From assembly GCA_009779935.1 (NCBI GenBank), contig WRAX01000007.1, positions 4,515 to 68,514 of the forward strand: DNA of 64,000 nt, given 5' to 3'. The notes under the pieces were generated by a model. It worked only from the letters and a program-made list of their open reading frames with translations, ran no database searches and was not told the origin of the DNA. The DNA comes from Defluviitaleaceae bacterium (lineage in GTDB: Bacteria; Bacillota; Clostridia; Lachnospirales; WRAX01). Position 1 is the stretch's first letter. Every line of letters starts with the position of its first letter. Position numbers and translations under genes: made by a program. Positions 35,953 to 45,447 of the stretch are shown here, in pieces.

Positions 35953-37306
35953 AATTACCAGCAATATCCAAAGAACTTATAAGAAGGCTGGGAGATGCGA
36001 TATTGCCGTGCATCCCCGGTATTTGGAATTTAAGGTCACCTGCAACCGCTTCTACTTTGGCAATTAATTGGAAAAAGTTGCCAGAAGCGGTGATAAGCTC
36101 CACAGGGCGTTCCTTTTTGCCGTTTTTTATGACAAAACCTTGTGCCTGCAAGGAAAATTCCCCACTGACAGGGTTTGCGCCGGCGTGCAAGCCGGCAAAG
36201 TCTGTTATCATCAAACCATCACCAACCTGCGCAAGCAAATCATCCAAACTTGTGCCGCTTGGCTGGATAAAGAAATTTGTGCCGCCTATGGTTACAGGGG
36301 CGTTAAATGCTGTTTTTAAGCCATTGCCTGTGGGGCTTACCCCATCCTTGCGGGCGGTTTTTGTGTTATGCAAAAATGTTTTGAAGGTGCCCATATCAAC
36401 CACAGTTTTTGTGCGTGCCGCAACCCCTTCGCTGTCAAAAGCACGGGTACCCACTTGCCAAGGCAAAAGCGGGTCGTCAACTATGCTTACTGCATCAGAT
36501 GCCACCTTTTCGCCCAGCTTGCCGGCTAATATGGAAAAGCCCTTTTGCGCCTGCTCGGCAGAAAAAGCAGGAAAAAACACCCCAAGCAAATCGCTTGCAC
36601 AGCTGTTTTCCAGCACAACCTTATATTTGCCCGATGGCACAGGGGATGCACCAAGGCTTTCCAAGGCCTTTTTGGCGGAATTTTCGCCAAGCGATACAGG
36701 GTCAAATTTATCAAAATCGAAACCCACATGGCTGTCGCCGTCCATTTTGGTACTTGTACCATCGGATGCTTGGCAATAGGCATAGGCAAACATGTGGTTG
36801 GATTTGTCAAAAACATCCAACCCCTTGGAATTGGCAATTAGCACCTCCTGCTCCCCATTTACAAAGGCGCAGTATGGCACAGCCTTAACCCGTTCATCAA
36901 AAGCCTTTGCGGCGGCTTCCAGCTTCATCGCTTTTTCAATCTTATCTTCGGATGTAACATTTGCTAAATCAGAGTTGTGGTTTTGGACGGCAGGGTAATT
37001 AGCATCGCCCCCGTGCAACTCCTCAATCTCCACCGTTTCGATTATGGTTGCATTGGCCTTGGCGGATTCTATTAAAAAGCCCACAACCGTGTCGTCAATA
37101 CGCTCGCTGGAAGCATATCCCATTTTGCCCCCAAACTTACCGCGAAAGCTAACCCCCGTGCTTGCCGCATTGGTAAACTGCTGCACCTCTTGGTTAAAGA
37201 TGTTAATTGTGGTGCGTGCGCCATTTTGGCAATAAAGCTCGTATTCCTCAAAGCCCGCCGCTTGTGCTGCTGTAAATAATTTATCCTTAAAAGCTTTCAA
37301 GTCCAT
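35951..37306 (-). CDS. pmbA: TldD/PmbA-family metalloprotease, PmbA-like subunit
   Basis: Start chosen at MDLKAFKDKL, with RBS GGAAGGAG, 1 nt after the tldD stop. Family-typical C-terminus (GLHAGANPVSGEFS). Confidence 0.85.
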   Translation of the reverse strand: MDLKAFKDKLFTAAQAAGFEEYELYCQNGARTTINIFNQEVQQFTNAASTGVSFRGKFGGKMGYASSERIDDTVVGFLIESAKANATIIETVEIEELHGGDANYPAVQNHNSDLANVTSEDKIEKAMKLEAAAKAFDERVKAVPYCAFVNGEQEVLIANSKGLDVFDKSNHMFAYAYCQASDGTSTKMDGDSHVGFDFDKFDPVSLGENSAKKALESLGASPVPSGKYKVVLENSCASDLLGVFFPAFSAEQAQKGFSILAGKLGEKVASDAVSIVDDPLLPWQVGTRAFDSEGVAARTKTVVDMGTFKTFLHNTKTARKDGVSPTGNGLKTAFNAPVTIGGTNFFIQPSGTSLDDLLAQVGDGLMITDFAGLHAGANPVSGEFSLQAQGFVIKNGKKERPVELITASGNFFQLIAKVEAVAGDLKFQIPGMHGNIASPSLLISSLDIAGN

Positions 37307-37307
37307 A

Positions 37308-38693
37308 CTATTCACTCCTTCCGCCCACAAGAATGTTTTTAACCCGCAAACTGGGCTGGCCGCAATTAGCAGGGATGCTGCCGGATACCGACCCGCACAT
37401 GCCTTGTCCGTGGTCCATGTCATTACCTATCATATCAATATTCATCAAAACTTCCGAACCACGGCCAATAAGGCTTGCGCCCCGCACAGGCTCGGCAATT
37501 TTGCCGTTTCTTATCATATAAGATTCCAGCACGGCAAAGTTAAATTCGCCGGTAGCAGGTGTTACAGAGCCACCGCCCATGCGCTTGGCGTAAATACCGT
37601 ATTCGGTTGCTGATATAATTTCATTCAAGGTGCTGTTGCCGCTGTCAATATATGTATTTGTCATACGGCTGGTGGGGGCGAAGCGGTAGTTTTGCCTGCG
37701 GCCGCTTCCTGTACTTTCTTCACCCATACGCAAGCCATTTAGCTTGTCGATAAGGAAGGTGTTAAGCATCCCATCTTTAATAAGCACGTTGCGGCGGGGT
37801 TTGCCCCCTTCATCATCCATATTTTGGCTGCCCCATGCGCCGGGGGTTGTGCCGTCATCAATGGCATTAACAATGGGGTTGGCAATTTGTGTGCCCTTTT
37901 TGTCCCAAAATTCGCTGGCTTTTTTGGCAACGCCTGTGGCTTCCAAGCTATGCCCGCAAGCTTCGTGGAAAATTACCCCACCAAAACCATTGCCGATAAC
38001 CACATCCATTTTGCCCGATGGGGCATAACCTGCGTGTAGCATGGTAACAGCCTCTTTTGCACAATCCCTACCCAAGCCGGCAAAGTCCATACCATCGTAA
38101 AACTCAAAACCCTGCTGTGCGCCGGGGTTGCGGGTGGCCGTTTGCTTTTCGCCTGCCGATGATGCCACAGCAGAAACCGATACACGGGTGCGGTTGCGCA
38201 CATCCTCACCCCACACACCTTCGCTGTTGGCAACAAGCACATTAGTTACCACATCCAAATATTGCCCACGTGTGCCGGTTATTTGGGTATCTGCCTCCAT
38301 AGAAGCTTTGCCTGCCACCCTAAGCATGTCCACAATTTGGTTTTTGGGTATGGTGTTGTAAGGCACCTTCATGGGGCTGATATTGTCAAAGTTAAGCACC
38401 ACAAGGTCAGCCGCCTTGGTGTTTTTACGCTCCTTAACCGCTCCCGCCGCCTGTTTTGCCACCCGCAACAAATTATCACGGGACATGTTGTTGGTAAAGG
38501 CATAAACGGCATTAAGCCCGTCAAAGATGCGGATGCCCACACCATGCTCTATACCGCTGTTTGCCTGCTCCACCACATTGTTTACCAGCACAATATTGTT
38601 GTTTACTGTGTTTTCAACAAAAACCTCGGCAAAGCTTGCGCCGGTGGATAGGGCGGCGGTTAAAACATCCGCCACCAAATTTTTGTCAAGCAT
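37308..38693 (-). CDS. tldD: TldD-family metalloprotease
   Basis: HEACGH zinc motif plus GGGSVTPATGEFNF. Paired with pmbA. Confidence 0.88.
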   Translation of the reverse strand: MLDKNLVADVLTAALSTGASFAEVFVENTVNNNIVLVNNVVEQANSGIEHGVGIRIFDGLNAVYAFTNNMSRDNLLRVAKQAAGAVKERKNTKAADLVVLNFDNISPMKVPYNTIPKNQIVDMLRVAGKASMEADTQITGTRGQYLDVVTNVLVANSEGVWGEDVRNRTRVSVSAVASSAGEKQTATRNPGAQQGFEFYDGMDFAGLGRDCAKEAVTMLHAGYAPSGKMDVVIGNGFGGVIFHEACGHSLEATGVAKKASEFWDKKGTQIANPIVNAIDDGTTPGAWGSQNMDDEGGKPRRNVLIKDGMLNTFLIDKLNGLRMGEESTGSGRRQNYRFAPTSRMTNTYIDSGNSTLNEIISATEYGIYAKRMGGGSVTPATGEFNFAVLESYMIRNGKIAEPVRGASLIGRGSEVLMNIDMIGNDMDHGQGMCGSVSGSIPANCGQPSLRVKNILVGGRSE

Positions 38694-38853
38694 ATTTATT
38701 TCTCCTTTCAGGTTTGTTTTGTAGTTACAGCTTTTTTATAAATTATTAAAAAGATAATGGTGGTGACAAACACCCGGTTTGGCATTGGAACTTCGTTTTG
38801 CCACAAAGCAATTGCCTTCTTGCTGTAAAGTGCATAAACCCACCCGCGCCACA

Positions 38854-40830
38854 CTAATTAATATCTGCCATTTCAAGGTACCTATGCCCATGGTCTTCGA
38901 TAAACTGTTTGCGCCCTTTGATATTGTCACCCAAAAGCACCTCAAACATTTCTTGGGTTTTTGCCACATCTTCGGGCAGCACCTGCACCAGCTTGCGGGT
39001 AGCGGGGGACATGGTGGTTTGCCACAGCATATCGGGCTCGTTTTCCCCCAACCCTTTACTGCGCTGGATGTGAACCTTGCCCTTTACACCCTTGGTTATG
39101 GCGTTTTTTTCTGCGTCAGAATAGGCAAAGAATATATCATCCCCAACCGTAATCTCGTATAAAGGCGATTCGGCTATATAGACCTTTTTTTCGGTGATAA
39201 GTTGGGGGGTTAGGCGGTAAAGCATTGTTAGGATTAGCGTGCGTATTTGGAAGCCATCATAATCCGCATCTGTGCAAATTATTATTTTGCTCCAAACAAG
39301 CTTATCCATGTCAAAACTGGACAAATCTTTGTTGTGTTTGGAGTTTACTTCCACACCGCAACCTAATACACGAATTAAATCCATTATAATGTCACTGGCA
39401 AAAATCCTGGCATAATCTGCCTTTAAGCAATTCAAAATTTTACCACGCACAGGCATAATAGCTTGAAATTCCGCATCCCGTGCCAATTTACAAGCCCCCA
39501 GGGCAGAATCGCCCTCAACTATATACAATTCCCGCCTTGTAATGTCTTTGGTGCGGCAATTTACAAACTTTTCTGCACGGTTGGTAAAATCCACACCTCC
39601 TGTTAGCTTTTTTTTGATGGAAAGGCGGGTTTTCTCGGCAGATTCCCTACTGCGTTTGTTTATTAGCACCTGCGCTACAATTTTGTCAGCATCTGCCTTA
39701 TTTTCCACAAAATGTACGGACAGCTGCTTTTTAAGAAAATCCGCCATGGCATCTTGGATAAACTTGTTATTTATCGCCTTCTTGGTCTGATTTTCGTAGC
39801 TGGTAACGGTGGAAAAGGACGAAGAAATAAGCACCAACGAATCCTCGATATCAGCGAAGGTGATTTTCTTCTCGTCCTTTTTATAACCCCCTGCATTTTT
39901 GATATATGCGTCAATTGCCGATGTAAATGCTAATTTAACCGCCCGCTCGGGGGAGCCGCCATATTCCAAAAAACTGGAATTGTGGAAATATTGGCAGGTG
40001 CTTTTGTGGTTATCAAATGTAAAATTTAGGTAAAATTTTAGGCGATATTCGGGCAAATCGGCACGGTCCCGCCCTTTGGTTTCATGTTCAAAACTAACAA
40101 TGGGGGTAAAGTTTTCGCCACTTGTCAGCTCCTCCACATACCCGGCAATGCCTGCGGGATAGTGATACACAAACTCCCCCCCACTTTGTTCGTGGGTTAG
40201 TACAAAGGTTACGTGGGGGTTTACAATTGCTTGTTTTTTCAGCATATCTTGAAAAAATTCCAATGGCACATCGGTTTCCTTAAAAACCTCATCATCCGGT
40301 TTCCAGCGGATGGATGTGCCACGCAAGCCGGCATCACAAGGCTCTTTTTGCAGGCCGCCCACATTCTCCCCCCGCTCAAAACGCAAGGTGTAACGATGGT
40401 TGTCCCGATAAATTTCCACATCCATCCAGCGGCTGGCGTACTGGGTGCTACACAGCCCAAGCCCGTTCAAACCAAGGCTAAATTGGTAATTGTCGCTATC
40501 GTTATTATTGTATTTGCCGCCGGCGTAAAGCTCGCAAAAAACCAGCTCCCAGTTAAACTTTTGCTCGGCGTTATTATAGTCCACCGGTATGCCCCGTCCA
40601 TAATCAATATTGGAAATGGAGCCGTCAGTGTGTAAAATAACCTCAATACGGTCGCCGAAGCCCTCCCGTGCCTCGTCAATAGAATTGGAAATTATTTCAA
40701 ATATGGAGTGCTGGCAACCCGTAAGCCCATCAGACCCAAAAATGACGGATGGGCGCAAACGCACCCTGTCCGCCCCTTTTAGCTGGCTTATGCTTTCGTT
40801 GTTGTATTCTCGCTTTTTATCGTTAGTCAT
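38854..40830 (-). CDS. type IIA DNA topoisomerase subunit B (GyrB/ParE family)
   Basis: GHKL ATPase N-terminus (EIISNSIDEA), Toprim EGDSA, GLGE. No A-subunit gene is adjacent. Confidence 0.85.
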   Translation of the reverse strand: MTNDKKREYNNESISQLKGADRVRLRPSVIFGSDGLTGCQHSIFEIISNSIDEAREGFGDRIEVILHTDGSISNIDYGRGIPVDYNNAEQKFNWELVFCELYAGGKYNNNDSDNYQFSLGLNGLGLCSTQYASRWMDVEIYRDNHRYTLRFERGENVGGLQKEPCDAGLRGTSIRWKPDDEVFKETDVPLEFFQDMLKKQAIVNPHVTFVLTHEQSGGEFVYHYPAGIAGYVEELTSGENFTPIVSFEHETKGRDRADLPEYRLKFYLNFTFDNHKSTCQYFHNSSFLEYGGSPERAVKLAFTSAIDAYIKNAGGYKKDEKKITFADIEDSLVLISSSFSTVTSYENQTKKAINNKFIQDAMADFLKKQLSVHFVENKADADKIVAQVLINKRSRESAEKTRLSIKKKLTGGVDFTNRAEKFVNCRTKDITRRELYIVEGDSALGACKLARDAEFQAIMPVRGKILNCLKADYARIFASDIIMDLIRVLGCGVEVNSKHNKDLSSFDMDKLVWSKIIICTDADYDGFQIRTLILTMLYRLTPQLITEKKVYIAESPLYEITVGDDIFFAYSDAEKNAITKGVKGKVHIQRSKGLGENEPDMLWQTTMSPATRKLVQVLPEDVAKTQEMFEVLLGDNIKGRKQFIEDHGHRYLEMADIN

Positions 40831-40981
40831 TTTCCCCCCGCTGTAATTTGCCGCCCTACTGTGCTGTATTAAAATGTAAAGCTAAAATCTTGCACCAAAC
40901 GTATCACAATGCCGTTTTGCACCTCTATAAAATGCGCCACGGATAGGAAGTGGTAAATCGAACACACTATCAATTATGACT

Positions 40982-41179
40982 TCACTGCCTTGAAACCCTA
41001 ACCATCTTGAAAAAAACGACACCTGTTACCTTGTGTTTAAGCATGTACGTTTTAACGGCTTTGCTACAATCTCCATCTTCCCAAAACAAAAGTCTTTTTT
41101 CTTGGCCTTCAAAAGTGTCTATCCGCATATGCTCATTCTCCATCGCATTATATAAAATTGACTCACTACCGATTGCCAT
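40982..41179 (-). CDS. hypothetical small protein
   Basis: 65-aa ORF in a low-GC islet with no recognised motif. Confidence 0.3.
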   Translation of the reverse strand: MAIGSESILYNAMENEHMRIDTFEGQEKRLLFWEDGDCSKAVKTYMLKHKVTGVVFFKMVRVSRQ

Positions 41180-41236
41180 ACCACTTACACGGTCTAATGC
41201 TTATTATCAGAAGTCAATCATCATCTGTTTCTTCAG

Positions 41237-41764
41237 TTATTGGTCTGCGGAAAAAACTACATAAAGCCCCTTTTCAATAGCCAACTTCCAAACTTTAAGT
41301 GATTTTTGAAGCCAATCCCAACTGTAGTAAAAATCTTCTTCACTTTTCGGGTAGTCATATACGGCTTCGTCAATCGCATCATACTTTGCTCTAAAATCAA
41401 CTTCTGTGAGTTTTGAAAGAGCATCATATACATCTTTGACAATAGCAGGGCTGCTTAATGTTATAATATAATCTTCTTCTTCGTCATGCCCACTGCTTTT
41501 GTTGCCATAAAGAGCTTTTTCACCATAGATTGTATGGTTTAGCGGATAATCACCATTCTTCTCAAAAGTGGTGTCGTTGTTTGAAAAAGCAAGGTGGGTT
41601 GCAAACCATGACTTGTCAAATTCGGCTAAGTAATCCGCTTTCTTATCGTAAAATTCTTCTTCAAGTTCATCTTTTAAGTAGTCAACAATTTCGGTTCGAG
41701 ATTGCGAGGTTAGCTGTTTTACCTCTTGCTCATTTAATGCAAACATTACCCCTAAACACGCCAT
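41237..41764 (-). CDS. DUF1877 (YfbM-like) family protein
   Basis: RBS GGAGAAGGAG before the ATG at 41764. Overall by-eye resemblance to the YfbM family. Low-GC context. Confidence 0.5.
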   Translation of the reverse strand: MACLGVMFALNEQEVKQLTSQSRTEIVDYLKDELEEEFYDKKADYLAEFDKSWFATHLAFSNNDTTFEKNGDYPLNHTIYGEKALYGNKSSGHDEEEDYIITLSSPAIVKDVYDALSKLTEVDFRAKYDAIDEAVYDYPKSEEDFYYSWDWLQKSLKVWKLAIEKGLYVVFSADQ

Positions 41765-41940
41765 AATCGTTCTCCTTCTCCGCATCAAAAATATGGGAAT
41801 TATCAATTTCACACTATCTAAAATATAAAATCGTTACGCCACCACAACAAAAGAAGCAACGCACAAAATAAAACACCTTACCCATAATATCATAGCACAA
41901 ACTTATAAGGTAAATTCTGTATCGTTTGTGATGGTGAAGT

Positions 41941-42183
41941 TTAGTGCTTCGATATTATAGTTTTCCACATCATCCCAGTCAAATACATGGACAATATTGC
42001 GAACCAACCGGTCTTCGGGTTCAAATGTGGTAAAAATTTCCACGGGTGCGATGTGTAGGGCATGCCTTCAATCCGTATAAAGCCGCCAAGGGTCTGTGCT
42101 TCGTTATTATCATCATTTCCGCAAGCAGAAAGCACAGCAAGCCCTAAAAATAGCAAAGCAATGGTTAAAGCTTTACCTAACAT
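41941..42183 (-). CDS. small putative lipoprotein
   Basis: MLGKALTIALLFLGLAVLSAC lipobox. The start overlaps the nagB 3' end by 11 nt. Confidence 0.45.
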   Translation of the reverse strand: MLGKALTIALLFLGLAVLSACGNDDNNEAQTLGGFIRIEGMPYTSHPWKFLPHLNPKTGWFAILSMYLTGMMWKTIISKH

Positions 42184-42901
42184 GCTTTGCTGCCTCCTCG
42201 TCCAAAATAATGGTAACATCTGGGTGCAGTTGCAAAATAGAGCCCGGCACCTGCGGGGTGATATTGCCATGGATTACCGCTTTGGCAATATCCGCTTTGG
42301 CTTCCCCGCTGATAAGCATGACTATTTTACGTGCATTAAAAATTGTGCCGATGCCCATGGTTAGGGCGTGTTTTGGCACATCATTACTGCTTGCGAAAAA
42401 GCGGCTGTTTGCTTCTATTGTGGAAGCGTCCAAAGCCACGTGGTGGGTGGTTTTGGGGAAATGGCTGTCCGGCTCATTAAATCCAATATGCCCGTTAAGC
42501 CCCAATCCCAACAATTGCAAGTCAATGCCGCCGGCATCATGGATGGCGTCTTCATAACGCCGGCATTCTGCCGCCGGGTCTGCCGCTTCACCATTTTGGA
42601 TATGGGTATTTTTTTTGTCAATATTCACATGGTTAAATAAATTTTCGTTCATAAAATAATTATAACTTTGGTCGTTATCCGGTGTGATGGGATAATATTC
42701 ATCCAGATTAAATACTGTTACCTCACTAAAATCCAGCTTGCCTGCCTTATGCAGGTCTATCAAATATTTGTATGTACCAATTGGTGTGCTTCCGGTTGCC
42801 AAACCCAGCACCAAATCCTCTTCGTGCTCTATTTGCCTGGCAATAATTTCACCTGCCATTTTGCTCATGGATTCGTAATCATTAACAATTATAACTGTCA
42901 T
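42173..42901 (-). CDS. nagB: glucosamine-6-phosphate deaminase
   Basis: RBS GGAGGGGG. LGLATGSTP, LDEY, GLGLNGHIGFNEP. Confidence 0.92.
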   Translation of the reverse strand: MTVIIVNDYESMSKMAGEIIARQIEHEEDLVLGLATGSTPIGTYKYLIDLHKAGKLDFSEVTVFNLDEYYPITPDNDQSYNYFMNENLFNHVNIDKKNTHIQNGEAADPAAECRRYEDAIHDAGGIDLQLLGLGLNGHIGFNEPDSHFPKTTHHVALDASTIEANSRFFASSNDVPKHALTMGIGTIFNARKIVMLISGEAKADIAKAVIHGNITPQVPGSILQLHPDVTIILDEEAAKHVR

Positions 42902-42915
42902 TAACTTTCCCCCTC

Positions 42916-43275
42916 CTACACCAATTCTTCTTCCATTAGATGGCGTGCATCGCCCCAAAGCTTTTCAAGGCGGTAAAACTCCCGCTCTTCCTTATGGAAT
43001 AGGTGAACGATGATGCAGCCAAAATCCATTAATATCCAGCGGGCGGATTGGGTGCCCTCCACATGGCGGGTGCGGATGCCCATTGGGGCAAGCTTCTCTT
43101 CCACAAATTCTGCCATGGCTTTTAACTGGTTGGAATTGTTTGCGCTGGCAATTACAAAATAGTCCGCAAGCGGCGAAATACCTGTGATGTCCAGCACCAT
43201 AATTTCCTCGCCTTGCTTGTCGTCCACGGCTTTGTATGCGGCTTTTGCCCCTGCTAAAATTTTATCTTTTTCCAT
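42916..43275 (-). CDS. rsfS: ribosome silencing factor RsfS
   Basis: RBS GGAGGAAC. VLDITGISPLADYFVIASANNSNQ and WILMDFGCIIVHLF. Confidence 0.9.
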   Translation of the reverse strand: MEKDKILAGAKAAYKAVDDKQGEEIMVLDITGISPLADYFVIASANNSNQLKAMAEFVEEKLAPMGIRTRHVEGTQSARWILMDFGCIIVHLFHKEEREFYRLEKLWGDARHLMEEELV

Positions 43276-44446
43276 TTTGTTCCTCCAAAAACTCTTTCGC
43301 CTGTATGGATTTTTGGTAGACGTTTCGTCCACGCTCCAAATTACGGCGGATGGTTAATTCTAACACAAAAAGCAAGGCCTTGTCAATATCTTTGTAGGCA
43401 AGCTGCCTTGCGGCTTCCCTGTCTTCACTGGGGGCTCTGGTTGGCTCGATAAAATCCGACAGGTAGATGATTTTGTCGATAAATGACATGTTTTGGTCGG
43501 CAAAGGTGTGGTTTGCAATTGCACTAATAATTTCGGGGTCGGTTATGCCATATTTTTCTTGTGCCAGCACTGCACCCATGTAACCGTGGGCAAGGGCAGG
43601 GGTTTTTGCGAAAAAACCATCCAAAACATAGCCGCCACGGGCGCAAATTTCTGCCACTTGGCTGTACGGCATCTCCTCGCTCCAATTTTTGGCACAATCA
43701 TGCAAAAGCCCTGCAATTTCCAGCTTTTTTAGGGTATCTGCATCTGCGCCGTGGTGTTTGCCAAGTGCCACAGCCTCCTCCATCACCGACATGGAATGCT
43801 GATAGCGTGGGCGGCTTAATTCTGCCGCTAAAATGGCGGTAAAACGGGAAATTTCGTCCCGATATAACTCGTGTTTGCTGATGTATTGTGCCGCCGCTTC
43901 GGGTAAAAGGTAACTTATGGAGCACCCCTTTGCTACCGCTTCACGAATCTTTGTGGAAGAAATATCCATCTGACAAATATCTAAATATTGGTAATTTCGG
44001 CTATGCTCGCCCTTGTTTTCGCCGGGGCGGCTAACCACCACCAAGCAGCAGTTTTCCAGTATTTTATCCGCATCACGCCATTTGTGAAATGTTTCCGCCG
44101 CATCCGTGCCCACAATAAAATATAGCTGTGCATTGGGGTACAAGCCCCGCAATTCCAATATTGTATCAACAGTATATGTTAGCCCTGCCCGCTGTATTTC
44201 CAAATCGCTAACAGAAAAATGCGGGTTGCCCGCAGTTGCCAAAAGGCACATATTAAGCCTGTCCTGTGCTGATGATAGCTTCTTATCCAATTTCAAAACA
44301 GGTTGCCCTGCGGGTATAAAAATCACCCGGTCCAAATAAAGTGCTTCACGCACCTCTTCTGCCGCCCGTAAATGCCCATTATGTATGGGGTCGAATGTGC
44401 CGCCCATAATGCCTATTTTGTGCAATTTGCATACCCCCAAAATCAA
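43262..44446 (-). CDS. nadD: fusion protein: nicotinate-nucleotide adenylyltransferase NadD plus HD-domain YqeK
   Basis: N-terminal half has GGTFDPIHNGH and ISSTKIR. C-terminal half has RYQHSMSV and AGLLHDCAK. One uninterrupted ORF; the exact start is uncertain. Confidence 0.85.
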   Translation of the reverse strand: MILGVCKLHKIGIMGGTFDPIHNGHLRAAEEVREALYLDRVIFIPAGQPVLKLDKKLSSAQDRLNMCLLATAGNPHFSVSDLEIQRAGLTYTVDTILELRGLYPNAQLYFIVGTDAAETFHKWRDADKILENCCLVVVSRPGENKGEHSRNYQYLDICQMDISSTKIREAVAKGCSISYLLPEAAAQYISKHELYRDEISRFTAILAAELSRPRYQHSMSVMEEAVALGKHHGADADTLKKLEIAGLLHDCAKNWSEEMPYSQVAEICARGGYVLDGFFAKTPALAHGYMGAVLAQEKYGITDPEIISAIANHTFADQNMSFIDKIIYLSDFIEPTRAPSEDREAARQLAYKDIDKALLFVLELTIRRNLERGRNVYQKSIQAKEFLEEQNGKR

Positions 44447-44520
44447 AATAAACCTGACTCGGCTAAGCGGAGCTTCTCTCGGCTAAGGGAATCAGATTTA
44501 ACATTCTCAATAATCAAAAA

Positions 44521-44802
44521 TCAAAACGGAATTTGCATTGCCAAGTTTTGCAAAATTGGCGTAAGTATGAAAAGCAACAAAATTACCACGATAAAGGAAA
44601 AATCTAACATACCGCCGCCTAAGGGCGATTTTTGTATCAACCTGCGCACAGGCGCAACAATTGGTTCGGTGATAAAGGATAACACCGAATGGATAAAACC
44701 GCCCGACGCACCAGGTATCCAAGATAGGATGGCACGTATAAACAGGGCTACACGTAAAATGGTGGCAAGCCAAAAAATGGCTTGGGATATTGCCACATTC
44801 AT
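44521..44802 (-). CDS. yggT: YggT-family membrane protein
   Basis: RBS GGAGGA. ILSWIP and EPIVAPVRR motifs, two TM regions. Confidence 0.85.
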   Translation of the reverse strand: MNVAISQAIFWLATILRVALFIRAILSWIPGASGGFIHSVLSFITEPIVAPVRRLIQKSPLGGGMLDFSFIVVILLLFILTPILQNLAMQIPF

Positions 44803-44818
44803 GGGCTATCCTCCAAAA

Positions 44819-45373
44819 TTACCTATCTCTACGGGAAAAAGGTCTAAGTTTGCCGTTTGCGGCAGTGGGTAAAAGGCCATTTTTGGCAAGGGTGTCCCTG
44901 TGCATGTCGGATAATTCCATACCCTTTGGCGTTAGCATAAACACACGGTTTGTAATTTCTTTTATCCCGCCATCCAAAGTATGCACAACGCCGCTTAAAA
45001 AGTCCATAATCCGCTGGGCATTGGCTGCTTCCAAGGTTTCCAGTTTAACAATAATACCCTTACCCTCTTTTAAGATGGTGGATAAAGGGCCGGAATCCTC
45101 GATACTTTGCGGATATGCCATAAGTATTTCTGCATTTTCATTTGGGAAAATTGTACCAATCACACTTTCATCTTTTCCATATTGTTTTTTTGGTGTAATG
45201 GCTCTTGTATCCCCTGTTGTGTTGCGCCGCTCTTCCCTTGCATTGCGCAGGGATGCGATTGTTTCAATGTCGTCACCCACAGGATAGTCATAATGCTCTA
45301 CAATTTCCTGATAGGTATCCTCACCTTGCTCGGCTTGGAAAATAAAATCTTTAACCTTTTGAAAAAAAGCCAT
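44819..45373 (-). CDS. sepF: cell division protein SepF
   Basis: MAFFQKVKDF N-terminal amphipathic helix and a C-terminal DUF552 core (IIVKLETLEAANAQRIMDFLSG). Confidence 0.88.
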   Translation of the reverse strand: MAFFQKVKDFIFQAEQGEDTYQEIVEHYDYPVGDDIETIASLRNAREERRNTTGDTRAITPKKQYGKDESVIGTIFPNENAEILMAYPQSIEDSGPLSTILKEGKGIIVKLETLEAANAQRIMDFLSGVVHTLDGGIKEITNRVFMLTPKGMELSDMHRDTLAKNGLLPTAANGKLRPFSRRDR

Positions 45374-45402
45374 GCTTTTGTCCCCCCTATAAATTTTTGA
45401 AG

Positions 45403-45447
45403 TTATTCACAAGTTATCCACAAACTATTATGCCATAATGTGGATAA
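45403..45447. promoter_or_regulatory. cluster of three consensus DnaA boxes (TTATNCACA)
   Basis: TTATTCACA at 45403-45411, TTATCCACA at 45414-45422 and TGTGGATAA at 45439-45447. The last two lie within a perfect 12-nt inverted repeat, AAGTTATCCACA/TGTGGATAACTT. Confidence 0.65.

Noticed and set aside
36003-36888. Plus-strand ORFs (258, 159 and 98 aa) opposite pmbA
   Set aside because: They are antisense to a TldD/PmbA-family gene that is translationally coupled to tldD. Nothing supports them independently.
40982-41764. 65-aa ORF plus the DUF1877 gene as a toxin-antitoxin pair
   Set aside because: Neither protein shows a known toxin or antitoxin motif, the genes are 57 nt apart, and the small ORF itself is weakly supported. 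This is pure speculation.
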